DNA of 61,528 bases, the filler included, from Choristocarpus tenellus KU-1152 (lineage: Eukaryota > Protista > Phaeophyceae), in the NCBI GenBank assembly GCA_964200185.2. It is 6 parts of 6 records of this genome, joined end to end, with 100 filler letters (N's around TTAATTAATTAA, not from the genome) between each part and the next. Parts side by side here need not be neighbours in the genome. Positions count along the whole stretch, not along the records: positions 32,485 to 38,517 come from CAXNAD020009116.1; positions 38,618 to 50,797 come from CAXNAD020001935.1; 4 more parts are not named here. One strand, 5' to 3'. Positions 36,091-48,860 of this stretch are shown piece by piece (the first letter of the stretch is position 1; each line of letters opens with the position of its first letter). Below the pieces are notes generated by a model. It worked only from the letters and a program-made list of their open reading frames with translations. It was not told the DNA's origin and did not search any database. The translations under genes and the position numbers were made by a program.

Positions 36091-37810
36091 GGCAGTAGTG
36101 ATACTATGTTCTGGTTTAGTGTTGGAGATGTGTGTTGGTGAGAAGCCTTACCCTGTGTGGGGTGTATGGTAATGCCTTGATAAGTTTTTTTGGCTCTTCT
36201 CTTAGTCATTAGTCACAAGTACATGTTTTTTAAAGGTGGATTGTTCATTTTGTTGCTTCTGTGGGGTTGAAAGGAGTGTGTTGGCTTCATTTGTACCAGT
36301 GTATGTTGACATCATTATACACTGTTAATATTACTAGTATCAATAGTGAGATTTTATACCCATGATTTATATTTTTGTTTTTCCAACTTCTGTAGGGGTA
36401 CAACAATTATCCCTCCTAAGAAACAGTACTACTGTAAGCTCTGTGGCATGGCAGTTTTTGAAGTTTTTGAAGATCATTTTTGTTTTGCTTTTTTTGTTAT
36501 TTTAATCCTCTTGGCAGGTGTTGTTACAGGGGAAAAAATGTTTCTTATTGTATGCTCAAAATAGCAATTGCATTTTTTGTTGGGGAAAGATTGTCACTAG
36601 TTGGTAATTGGTCGGTTCTATGCTACCCACTGTCTTCTGCCTTGTCAGATACTCATGCACATGTATGTACTATCAACAGGTTGGTTGGGACCCTGATTTC
36701 AGCCAAGGATGGTAGAGTTTGTTTGTATTTGAGAACATGTTGAAGCCGGGAAAAAAAAAAATTGACTAATGAACAAAGAGACTCTGTGCCAAATTGCGAA
36801 AAGCTGTGGTTGTCTGAAATGTGGTATCTTGGATGGTTTGCTTGCTGTGTTGAAAGAAAATCTAGGTTGCGATTGGTTAGTCAGAGTGGAGAGGTATTTG
36901 TAACAGTGAGTGGTGGTATTTGTGAGCATTTTGCCACTTGTTCTGAGACATCAACGCCTCTTTGTCCTGAAAGTGAACTGAGAAGTACTGTACAGGTATC
37001 TTTTTGTGCAATGTCAAGTGTTTGGCATAGCTCGAAGGATAAAATCTGGACCCAAGCAAGCAAATGGAATTTGTTTCCAGAGGCTTCTTACAACACTCTG
37101 AGACATGTCTTGAACAATCTGGTAGATTATTTGAGCTGTGACCTTGCCTCACCAGCATTTACCTCTTCCCCACACCCTTGAAGCTCACAACCTGTACTAT
37201 AATATAAGCATGATTACTAGTGCTGGGTTCATGTGTGTACTAACTATATAGCAGTATGAATACTTGGCCAGTACTGAGCTAGTGCTATCCTAAAGCCTGC
37301 GCACAGTGCTGGTCATAGGTGCCCACTTATAGGTGTGCATCTAACCTCCTTACATGCCTTGCATCTTGTAGGTAGTCAGGAGAGAGGACTACCTGGCATT
37401 CATGGAGTGGTTTGTGTGCACCCTCCCCCAACTCTCTCTTCCTCTCAAGGTAAGGAGTGGTGTATCCAAGGGGTAGCATTATCAATATCGATGTTGCTAT
37501 AAATGATAAATAGTATATATTATATTTATAGCCATGGTATGTGGCAGTGCAGCAAAAAGTTAATACCAAGGAGTTGTATTACAGTGTAGAGTTTGCTCTG
37601 ATCTGATTGGTCATATATGTACTGTGTTGGCAACTGACTATTTAGTCCCCATGTTATTATCCCTTTCCATGTGGAAGGATTCAGGACTTGAACAGGTGTA
37701 CACACCCTTTGCATGCTCTTACCAATGCGTACACACCATGCTAAACAATGCCTTTGATGGCATGGTGCTCTCAGAGGCTTCTCTATTGCATGATTGGTAT
37801 GGTGCCGCCC

Positions 37811-37983
37811 CAACCATCATATACAACCAACCATCATATACAACCAACCATCATATACAACCAACCATCATATACAACCAACAACCTCCTTCCACCACCT
37901 GCTTTCCTCTGCCTGACAATGCCTGGTGCTGTGTTGTGATTGTGATTGTGATTGTGATTGTGATTGTGATTGTGATTGTGATT
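37811..37983. repeat. 17-bp unit x4 (CAACCATCATATACAAC) followed by (TGTGAT)8
   Basis: Direct repeats at 37811-37880 and 37935-37983. Confidence 0.9.
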
Positions 37984-38448
37984 GTTGTGGTGTTCTGTAC
38001 AATCAGATTTGGCGATTGTATACAGCCTTGAAGGACGAAAATGTCCCATTTGTCACCTTCCCATCCACACTCAAGGAGGCCAACTTTGCAAAGCACTTTC
38101 AGGTAAGTCACAGTTGCTAGAGTTGCACCTGGGACTGGAATGTCAAGTGGGGTGGAGGCAGGGGCGAGGGCGTAGGTTGAGTGAGGATAGGGGTGTGTGA
38201 CAGGTATAAAGGAAGTAGTTTATTTGCTGTCTTGATTACAGTTTCATCTTTATTTTTCTTACACTCAAAGTATCTGGGGGGGTCTCCACCAGGGTGTCCA
38301 TTTGTGCCCTGACCAGCAGAATGGCACTTACATTATCCACCCGACGCATGCAGTCCTCAATGGAACCAGATCAAACAGATCAAACAGATCAAACAGATCA
38401 CCGAAAGATAGTGACATGGAAAAATGGACCTCAAATGGACAGCCGCCA

Positions 38449-38494
<46 letters not shown>

Positions 38495-38517
38495 ACCCCA
38501 CCACAACACAACCAACA

Positions 38518-38617
38518 NNNNNNNNNNNNNNNNNNNNNNNNNNNNNNNNNNNNNNNNNNNNTTAATTAATTAANNNNNNNNNNNNNNNNNNNNNNNNNNN
38601 NNNNNNNNNNNNNNNNN
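38518..38617. other. Artificial contig spacer / assembly gap 3
   Basis: 44 N + TTAATTAATTAA + 44 N. Confidence 0.98.
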
Positions 38618-39319
38618 GGGGGGGGGTAGTATGTCACAAGTTGCAGAACGGTCACCTTCAATACTCGGAAATCGAGTTGAGCACAACCTTTTTATCACAT
38701 CATTGAATCAAAGTTTGCTCACACATGCTTCATGGAATGCCCGTTAGGAAAAAGCGGCTGTAGCAAGCACTAAGCACTACGTGATGCCATCACTATAGCT
38801 CTAGAGCAACTACCATATTAACTTCAACCACAATCAGGAAGGGTGTATTCTACACCGCCCTTCTATACAACTCATACATTCACACTCAACACACCTCATC
38901 CCATCCATGAACATGACCAAACATGACAACAAATTTACGGGAGGACGGATGGATAAACAGATACCATCCTCTTCAAGTTCCCAGTCCATACAGTGTTACC
39001 CATCTACGCAAGCAGTATCTGAGGCCCTTGAACGAGCCACATTGTGGAACGGAATACATAGTTGCTGGGTTTCTGGGATGTGACACTGTAACAAGAGGAC
39101 TCGACGGCTGGACACATCTTCCTGAGTGTTAGTGATGGTGTGTCTTGTCCTATTGCTGCTGGAGTCCTTAAGGCAATATTTTGACCATTTCTTTTCCCCT
39201 GTGTGTCTTGCCCTGCATCACTCGAATTTCAAACAGTTCTTCAACAGATCCCGCCCAGTGGAATGTATGTCTGCGGGGGGGGGGGCGTGGACCTGCTACC
39301 AGTACTGCTCTTTGCTGGA

Positions 39320-41150
39320 TGGTACCAGAGGGAGGTTTCTCTTGATTTGAATGATCAAAACACCTCTCTGTCATGGAATGTGTTGCATGCAGACTTGAAA
39401 GGGTGTCTCCCATGTAGAAACTTCTTCGCTACAGATCAGGCCAATTTAAGGCAAACTAATGAAAGATAATAGCAATACAAAATAAATAAGCATGGAGGAA
39501 CAGGGCTGTAGTACATTGATACAAACCAGGCAAGATGAAAACCTGCCATCAGCATAAAGTATAGTTTAGCCCCCGCCATTACACTGCACATCAAAAGCAG
39601 TTCTGGGTAACTTGTCCTGAAACCACAATCTGAAGCACGAAGCCACTATTAATGTTGCCAGTAGGTTGTGGTGAAACTGTTGAGGTTAGCGTAAGACACC
39701 TCCCCACATGAACTCATGCAAGCTGACGGAGACCTAAACGCTCAAGACCTAGAATTGGGAGGGTCCCTGAGCAGATCACTGAAGCGTGTAAGAGTGTAAG
39801 AAGTGGACTGTGACCTCAACTGTGGATATGTGACCCAATGAAAAGAGGATACATTGCAAACAGTTATCGATCATAATGTAACTTCTTTTCTAGGTTCCCA
39901 CCAATCACATTGAAATCTGCAATCCACTTTGAGTCCAAATTTCCCACTTCAGGGGTCCTCACAATTACCTTCCCACCTCAGGTATTGGGTTCAGAGGTCT
40001 TTCATCAGCATCTGTGTAACCCTAACCCTAACCCTAATCATAAGTATGGGGTGGGCTTTCCCATGCAAACCCGTTGGTATCATCCCCTCAGATTGTTTGG
40101 CACAGGACAAGCTCTGCAGAATCAATTTCAATGCAGAGTGATAGGGACTGCTGCCAACAGTAACAGTCTATCTAGCGAAGTCTACATGGCTATACATATC
40201 TTTCGTAGCATGCATCCTACCCCCAATGGCGCTAGGAACAGAGTTGTGTATGCGACTTGGAACTACCAAGTCCCATTAACCCTACCCAAAAAACAAAATG
40301 AGAAAGTCCACACGAAACTAGTGGAATTCCATACCTGCAACAGATTTATTTTGTTTGTAGGAACGGGGCCTACATGTTTACAAGGAGGTGTGTCTATTTT
40401 CACCCACAAACTAACTACTCTGGAGTAGAATCTACAGCTTACGCTGTGATCAGATCAAAACATATTATATATTGCTAACAATGACTGCTTCAAATTCATA
40501 CACAACACCCTCCATTCCATCAAGTTTACATCCAGTTACCTTCCACTACTTGTACCAATATTTTGGAGGATCAAGGGAATATAGTATCGAGGGCATGGCT
40601 CAGGGAGTAGGGTTTGTGGCTCTTCCTTGAATGAAGATTCTCAATATGCTACAGGACACACTTGGGTACCCCCACTCCTAGGCAGCTACGCGACAAGCCT
40701 CCATAACCCCACCTTGGGGTCAATTGAGTCAGCCGCCTTATAGAAATGATCCCAAGGCAAGGAAGGTGATCCAGAGTGCTACAGTGCAAACACGTTGTGG
40801 ATTTACTACACACCAACTGCGATGGCTTCATCATCAACATCTCCCAACCTCGCTGTGTAAGCACTTATTCGCTAGGCTGTGGCATGTCGTGTGATTCTGA
40901 ACCCACTTATCAGACACCCCTAACCTCTCTGCCGTGAACCTCTCCATTACCTTCTGTTGTTATCCACCAGCTCCAGATTACAGACAGGCAACGTCTACTT
41001 TTTGCCCCTGTACCTAACACTTCTAGAGTCAATTTAGCCCCTGGAAAATATCGCCTTCCGTGCATCATGAAAAACTTCGGTGACAATGTCCACCCTTTGG
41101 TGTATCATGGGGGATCGGATGTAAGATGTGGAAGTGAACAGCAAACCATC
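39320..41150 (+). mobile_element. Putative decayed KDZ (Kyakuja-Dileera-Zisupton)-type transposase region
   Basis: In order, across frames: SWIM-like EVSLDL...KGCLPCRNFFA (39330-39430); CxC-like PC....C....LCRINFNAE**GLL (40060-40150); YATGHTW..RQLRDKPP*PHL (40645-40715); LWIYY/HTNCDGFII (40795-40835, cf. C.H..C.GF); YRLPCIMKN...LVYHGG...C.SEQ (41050-41140). Many stops and frameshifts; motif recall only. Confidence 0.4.
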
Positions 41151-41979
41151 TTCTAAGATTCTAGTCATCACCTCCACTTCACCTTGACAACAACATCAAA
41201 GGTGTCCTCCGCACCCACTGTATTGGTGACATGTAAAGTGTGTCGGGTTAGGGTTCAACTCTGGACAGGCTTTCACGGTTTCTCGTGCCAGGCATGTCTT
41301 GGTGATTCAGTGCCCTAACACCGAGGATAAAAAAAAAAGTGCTTGGCTGACATACACAGTGTGTCTACCTTTAGTGGATGAACTTTCTGTAATGCAGACC
41401 CCACCTTATCACATTACGGTCTGCTTTGCCATAAGATGTTGATGAGGTGTCTTTAGTTACAAACGAAGTAAGATAGATCACATTTGATGAGATAGACGAG
41501 ACAGGTCTTGAGGCATCTTAAGTTTTAACACCTTTTGGAGGTGTCAAAATCACCTCTTTTAATTTTTCTTTCCCGGACTATTGGGGATATGTATTAAATA
41601 CTATCTGGTTCATAGTGGCATGTGGCAGGGGAACAAGAGAGGAAAGAGGATACACACCACAATACCACAGTGTGAAGGTGTGCGCTAATATTACTTCTCT
41701 GTCTTCTATGCAATCCACCAAGGTCTCAGCAAGTTCTTTTGTAGGAACACTAATGAAATGATTTTCCTGTACTATATATACCCATGGAGCAAACGCCTTG
41801 TACACCTTATACCTGTTAGAACCTGCCAATGTAGTTGTGCTCTGGACTTGACTTGCTTGTTTTTATCTCTTACCAATGCTCCTCTCAAGCAGTTTGGAGG
41901 TATGGTGTGTGACTGAAACTCCCCACAGAAGCCCGATAGATCATGCATGAGCTGCAAGAGAAGAGCATTGGAAAAAAAA

Positions 41980-43750
41980 AAGGAAAAGCAGTCCAAGCCT
42001 AGAGATGCCAGGTGTAGCCAAGCTCAAGTCTCAACTATGCCGGCGGATCTAACATGGATCAGGCGGACAAGGTTTATGGGACAGGAAAATCATTAATGTT
42101 GGCCATCATCCCCTCCTTCTTTAGTTCCAGCGAGAACTTGCCAGTTGTTCTGGATGGGTAGCCCCAAACCACCAAGCTGTATCTGCGTGCCTGAGTATCT
42201 CAAGATGAAGAAAAAGGCCACCAAGGCTCTTATCAACAAGGGACTGGCAAAATTTGATGCCACTCTACAGATGATACCACAGATATGCAAGTGAGGGAAA
42301 AAGGAAGAGGGGGGGGGCATGTTGCAAAAGCGTGGACCCTCTTTTGGTGTCTATCTGTTCTCTTATTGCTAATTCATATACTTTCACTTTTCCTCCAACT
42401 CACTGTCGAGTGAAGCCACCAATCAACATCAGCGCTTTTGCATCAATGCCCAGGAGCAGCTCTTGGATTCAATGAACCCAATCAGACACGAGAAGGATGC
42501 ACACAGTACTTGGCAGACACAATATTCAGTCACATACCGACACTTTCACAAACTACAATCTATCTGACAGTACATGTGCGGGTATATTCAGTGTTGTGAG
42601 AGAGATGTGCACCTAGTGAGTACCAGAAAATATCACCACACCACAGTATTGCAGTAGTAGTGCTACATTTGGACATGTGCCAGCATTCTGTGTCCAAAGA
42701 AAAATAAACGGCATTAACTGTGAGATCTCCACAGACAGCTCTTATCAGTCTACATTCTCGTCTTGTCAACCAAGCACAGGATTACGACGGGACGAACTTC
42801 GCCTTCGGTGACACCAGGGGTAAGAAAACCTTCAAGTGCGCCAAGGGATGTCATCAGGTTCATTAAGCACCACCAGAAGGACATCACCATCCTCAAGAGT
42901 AAGTCTCCTGAATGGGGTTCTTTGCTACATAGTAAGACTCAATTTGGTACAACCATCGTGCTTGAGTATTTCCTCCAGGTGTGTAACATGTATGGCCAAC
43001 ACCCTTCCTCGCTGTGTAACATTCATGTGTCGTCGGCATCACCATGGCAACTCTGCCTATTCTTAAAGTAGGCCAACTCATCACAGTTACAACCAAAATT
43101 GGTCAAGTTTGTGACTGATTTATGCCACCCAAGCACGAATGCAGAGAGGTGCAAGGCAACAACAAGGACCCTCACAATATTTGGTTTGAGATAAAGTTCA
43201 TCGTGGAACTGCTGGAGTCGTAACATTTCATACCGTGGCTGGTTGATGGGTGGACCCCTTGCACAGCGCTGCTTTTCCACAGGATGCTGCCCATAATTGA
43301 GAATGTGCAAAATACTTTTCGAGAATAAAGAGGGGTTGGATCATCCAAGTGTGCCACCTCACCTTGACAACATGCAGGAGACTCATCCCTGAATGAGTAA
43401 GCACACACATTCTCAACATACATTCTCAACATAATCTGATGTGTATGTTCACCCAGAGTATGTGCATATCCGTGTCATGAACATTGATAAAGGGCATGTT
43501 CTTACACCCCTCGAAACAATAGCTGAATGCACCCTCTGAGTTTGAGATGAGATCCAGACTTCGAGGCAGCGGTTGCTGCAGGGGCCAAGGAGTCAGATAG
43601 TGGACCAGTTGGAAACGCAATAAGCCAGTGGCCAACCCGTGAGAATGGGTCATGTCAGGATCACTAGCACTTGACAACAGCCCAGAGTGCGGGTGGTGCA
43701 CAATGGCTGGAATCCTTTGGTAATGTGACCTTCCAGAGTTGCTTCAGGTG
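41980..43750 (+). mobile_element. Degenerate hAT transposase (DUF659-type)
   Basis: Colinear motifs: EYLKMKKK (42190); KPPINI; LLDSMNPIRHEKDA/QYLADTI (42460-42527, cf. FL.S.D.S...KDA.Y.A..I); RDVIRFIKHHQ (42845); KTQFGTT (42933, cf. TRF.T); IWFEIKFIVELLES*HFIPWLVDGWTP (43180-43260, cf. FW..V..I..L.EPI..LLR.VDG..P). A possible intron at 42291-42409. Confidence 0.8.
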
Positions 43751-44201
43751 GCCTGATGTATCCTGTCCAATCATGTATCCTCATTTGGATATGAGCGAAA
43801 GGTGGGCAGTACTCAGTGGTTAGTACCCCAGATGGCAGGGAGTACAAGCAAAAAGCCCCTGGTGAGCTCTTGTTTTTCCATCTTACTCCTGTCACCAGCC
43901 CCAACAAAAAGGAATTTATCGATTTGTGCCAATACCCACTGCTCGCCCTTGTTTCCACAGACATTAAGGAGGAGAAACACTGCAAATGGGACTACTGGCG
44001 GCAATGGAGATTCGCTACACCAGGAAATACCTCAGTCGCCTGGAAGAGTACAAGACCAAGAGGGACAAGGAATACTGCGATGATTACATCAAATGGGATG
44101 AGGTTGACCAGGCTCTACTCTCAGGAGGTATGGAAGATCCCCACAGTGAATCCGACCAGGAGAACAACAGACCGAGTGGATAATGGCAGAGATGTTGGTG
44201 G

Positions 44202-44390
44202 GTGGGGGCCAAGTTAATTGACACCGTCGGTGATAGTGTGGCATATTACCACAAGTACCTTGTTCTGCTTTATCCTCGTTTGGAGTGGTTGATGAGCCAA
44301 GGGTGCCAGCGATGGTGCGGCATTGCCTTCAGGGCCTACACCACCTGGGCCGTCCATCAGGGTGATGGGTCCAATGGGTTGGACCCATGA
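44202..44390 (+). pseudogene. Possible Ulp1/C48 SUMO-protease fragment (transposon cargo)
   Basis: LIDTVGDSVAYYHKYL...LEWL...TTWAVHQGDGSNG resembles the second half of a C48 peptidase (.D.....YYDSL ... Q.DG..CG); catalytic Cys not retained. Confidence 0.25.
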
Positions 44391-46158
44391 TACAGCGCTG
44401 CACCTTCCGCCTGCAGTGGAGAAGGTATCAGGCAAATAGAGGGACCGTATGGTATGGCATTGCCTCATGCTCCATACACCAGAGATGGTAACCTCCATAC
44501 ACCAGAGATGGTAACCTCACCGCAGCATGGTCTCAGAACTAAATCTCTCCACATCCACCTTCGATTTCTTTCAGAAGGTTGGTAGTCACGGCAACATAAG
44601 GACTCTTTTGCCTTTCCACTCTCGGTAAGCTACGATGAGACATACAATCCTACCTTCAAAATACAATTGCCCAGGACGGTGTTTGCTCCCACTAGGTTCC
44701 TACTTTCTCGTGGTGCTACTTGGGTGCAAGTGTAGACGTCATATTGTATTTACATTGTGCATGCTGACGTTATTTTGTCTCTTGTCTAGGTTGTATGCAG
44801 GTGACTACATGTCCCTATGCCTGTGTACCTTTGTTGGCATACACTACGCTAGTATGTACGTCTCCAATTTAAAAATCGTGCACACAGGTGCATGTGTGTG
44901 TGTAGTGTTCAAGAGGGAGTACAGAGGGAGATAAGAGGGGTCTCATAACTTACTGTAGTGTAACAATTGTGAGATGCCCATCCATATTTCAGTAGATGTA
45001 CAGCATGGAGTACACAAGAGGGTGCCTTCCGCATGGATCGCAATTAATAGTGCCAAGGAATGCTTTGCACACCTCACCTTGCCGCCATCCCTCCTTTTCC
45101 CAAGCATCTCAACCATCTTGGAGAGATGATTTCCTTTTGTTGAATGGTTCTATCCCACGATCCAGTAACACGTGGCGACAAAGTGGGATAAATATCCATA
45201 CACCAAAAAGGACGAGGGAGAGAGACCAAACTGTCCTCATTCCGCATCACAACAAAGATAGTGAGGAAACGTGAAATAACCTCTCATCACCTCTCCTCAA
45301 ATGTCCCCTAGCGTAGGTGTAAATCTTACATACCACCTTTCCTTTTCGGGATGTTCCTTTGAATCTGTGCCTCATTAGGTAAAGTTACTGTGCTTGTAGT
45401 AAATAAGTCAGTGTGTAAAAACTGTACTGTGCTGGTTGCTCAGGGCAGCTCTTGGGAGCATTGACAGCATACACAAAAACGAAAACCTGATTTATTATGT
45501 GTAGCAGGTGATAGGTCGTAATTAACACCATACATTTCACCATATAGATAGATACATATATATATATATGCCTGTTTTTCAGTGGGTATAGTTGAAAAAA
45601 AAAGAACATAAAAACCAACCCTGAAAAATAGGTCATCAACACCATCTGCTACACAGAACTATCTAAAAAAATCAGCGGGCGATCCTTCCCTTGCTTCAAA
45701 GTTTTTGTCTACAATTAGTTTCAGCTGTATGTATGATGACATGTTTTCTTGACTGCTTTCTCAATAACTCATAAAAAGAAAAAAGAGGAATCGACACTTG
45801 TCACTCAGAAAAAATTATTTGTTTAAGTCACCATATTGGAGGGTAGACTTTGAAGATTGAGATTGGGAGGAACTTGACAGTAGAGAAAAGATTTGCTTCT
45901 CCCAAGGGTAACAAATGTACACTTGGTTTTCCGATAAAAAAAACAAAGATACTGTTGTTCATGTATAGGAAGGCACAAACGTATACCCCCAAAATGACAC
46001 ACACAAGAAATTCACCAAAAAAGGAAGACAATTATAAAATCATGCAATAGAATAAAACAAACTGGAGATCCTTCATACCCCCCCCCGCTCCCCCCTTCAA
46101 ACTTCCCAAACAATCCCTCTGTGCTCTATTACTATTTTTCCTTCCTTCCCTCACTCAC

Positions 46159-48860
46159 ATTCTTCTTGGACTTGGAAGTCTCAACAACCACCCCAAAGTG
46201 TTTCACATATCCCCACATCATCAGCACCATCAGTCCCATACAGGTTGCTCCAACGGAATACAACAGGGGCACGCCAACTGCAGGTGCCTGTTGATCTCAA
46301 AAGGGGTGGACACGTTCAGAGTATGTGTGCTTGCTGTCCTTGAGGACGGGTACATTTTTGTATGAAAGCAAGAGTGGGCCTCCTTGCTGAGCCTACCTGA
46401 GGGGAAACATCACAATAATGAACACACAGTTTAAGTAGCTGTCTACGCACCTGTGTATCTGTACAAAACAACCATTGTATGGAGTTAGGTTCAGGGTCTA
46501 CATTAGTGCAACTACACAAGTGCAACCATTGCAGACATGAATGATACCTTTCACCAACAATCGAGGTTGTGAGTGTAGTCACGAACAGTAGATATTGCAA
46601 CAAACAAGTGGCAACAAATGCAGTCAGCACATGCATGTACTGAGGAGAAAAAAAGGAAGAGCAAATACTGATGATCAGTTGGGACAGTAAGAGGTACTGT
46701 TTGTATGTTGTACACACAAAAGGTACACTACCAGAAACACACCAACATACCGCAAAGTAGCTCTTGAGAATAGCCTACTATTTTAGCTCCTCATTGAACA
46801 ACTATTATTTTCTATACTTCTAGGGATAGGATTAGGCCCTGAGTCACAGGATTACAGACAGCGCTAGTACATAGATACTACATCAATGCATACCTCTTCT
46901 TAGTATATATCTCAAGCAATCTCCTTTTTCAACACCCTATAGTATGTGAAGAGTCGTTCCATCGTGACCTTTAAACCCTGCTCCTCAACAAAAAGGGGAA
47001 GGCACTTCTATATGTACAATTTTGCATCTGAATGATAGTGACATCATCATTGCAACAAAGTCTTTACCAAAGCATCAGCATGCATACAATCCCATCACTA
47101 GCCCCAAGGAACACTCACCGTTGTGGCAATGGTAGGACCAAGGATTGATCCCAAGTTGGCTCCAGCAATGATCAATCCAAAAGCAGACTTGGCCGCCTCC
47201 AGCTTGAGGGTCGAGTTGACAAAGGCCCAGAATAATGAAACACAGATGCTTCCAAAGGACTCAATGGCACAGTAAGACACCCAGCCTATTCACATTTTGG
47301 AACGCGACCAGAGGGGAAAGGGAGGGAGGGGAGGGAGGGGGGGGGAGGGCATCATAACTTGGGTGGAAAACAGAAACGTGACTGAACTTGCAAGATCAGT
47401 GCAGTTCAATTTTTTGTTATAAACAAGAAAAATATTTTTGTTGTGAATTGAGTAAAGGCAAGGGAGGAAACAGAAAGACCAATCAATCCCAATGAGAATG
47501 TTTACATCGTGGAATAAAAAAAAAGTGATAAAACTCAGTAACAAAGACGGGGAACTCTAATCAATTCATACACGTCGCATCAAGCGTGCAGGTAGCACTT
47601 GCTCAGGGTAGACCTCAACTATTGTCCAGAATCACAGAAAAAGAAGATTATACCCAAAACCATCCCCCAAAGCCCTGTGTATACGAAAGCACAACCATCT
47701 TCCCCCAAGCGTAGAAGGACTCACAGAACACACCAAGGTAAGGAGGCATGTAGACACACAATACACAGGAATGCTCCTCTAGTACTAATACAATAAAATA
47801 GACATTTTTGTCTGTGTGCATCGCAGTACCTTGTTCGTGCTTGCACTAAAAATACTAGTAACACAAATTTGATAAGATACAAATATAGTACAAAAATAAA
47901 TTGAGTCGCTGCGATAATCAGTCAGCAATCAGCTCATTACAACTCACAATCAAGCCACAAACCCAGTCCGATATGCTATAATAATATCACAAAACCTCCC
48001 AAACGATATGTACCCGAAAAACAAGGTTTCTTTTCAATGCGCCATTCATGATGTAACCAAAGACATGACAGGATCTTCAAGCTTCAAACCCTTGAAAAAA
48101 AAAAAATGAAGCAGGTTATCTAGAAAAGTCAAACAAACTCTTAGTGCCATGCACGACAGCAGGATCAGTCAGTTTTCAAGAGTCAGATCGCAGACAAGGG
48201 TACACAGGGGTTGGTTGGGGGGGGGTGGGGGTTGCGGAGAAACAGTCACACCTATACAAAACAAGTTAAATAAAAGCATTTATAATAAACATCCAAAAGT
48301 CATATTTTTACTGTGAAAGCGCAACGTTTAATCCAAAAAATATGAGTCTCAGCTTTTGGCTGGCAGGCAAGGGCATCTATCGATGTGACAAGCTCAATAT
48401 TTGGACATATTCAATTGCCACAGCACACGAGAGGAGAACACTCTACTCCCCAGACCCGCACAGACAAAAGGACTCTCAACACTACAACCCAATGGGGAGG
48501 GGGGTGGAGGCATGCTTGCTTTCTTATGTATGCATGCATGTGTGTGTGTGTGTGTGTGTGTGTTGTGTCCCTGAGCCCCAGCCCCACAACTCACCCAATA
48601 ACCTCGCAGGATCTGCATTCGTATTGTTGATTCCAATCACCGGATCCGCCAGCAAGAGCGAGATACACATAAACAGGACAAAATAAAAGCCTCCGATGAT
48701 ATAGAAAAGTTGGTGCTTGGGGAACATGTCCACAAGCTTATTGTACAGGAACACAAGGATAAAGACCACCCCAAGGGAAGTAATCTTGCACCTGGGAATG
48801 TACTCCACACCAACTATCGCACTCACGATTGGATCCTTGAGTGAGCGGAGGAGCCAGTAC
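46159..48860 (-). CDS. TLC-family ATP/ADP (nucleotide) translocase, NTT-like; partial, three internal exons of the N-terminal half
   Basis: Phase-compatible GT-AG exons 48860-48595 ([10 protein letters not shown]...[15 protein letters not shown]...ADPARLLG), 47285-47119 ([25 protein letters not shown]...[20 protein letters not shown]) and 46287-46159 ([13 protein letters not shown]...MWGYVKHFG); typical TLC motifs LRxLKD, ExxGS...LFW.F.N and AK..FG.I. Confidence 0.88.

Larger units (their letters stand above)
33813..38370 (+). pseudogene. Intron-split Cys-rich gene remnant, probably transposon-encoded (possible CxC/KDZ-associated)
   Basis: Exon-like pieces: 33813-33962 MDALKVEEEP...(1-nt frameshift in a G run)...EELAPECCSG|gtaaga; from 36396 TTIIPPKKQYYCKLCGM; about 36900-37140 GGICEHFATC..., KWNLFPEASYNTLRHVL; about 37630-37800; 38007-38102 ...KDENVPFVTFPSTLKEANFAKHFQ|gtaagt joining in phase to 38271 YLGGLHQGVHLCPDQQNGTYIIHPTHAV. 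Not all phases reconcile. Confidence 0.35.

Noticed and set aside
35934-36209. Poly-Leu or Ile/Thr ORFs
   Set aside because: Translation of a TTG/TTA microsatellite.
40058-40090. PMQTRWYH as a hAT TRW motif
   Set aside because: Isolated, with no neighbouring hAT motifs; another frame fits a Cys-rich pattern better.
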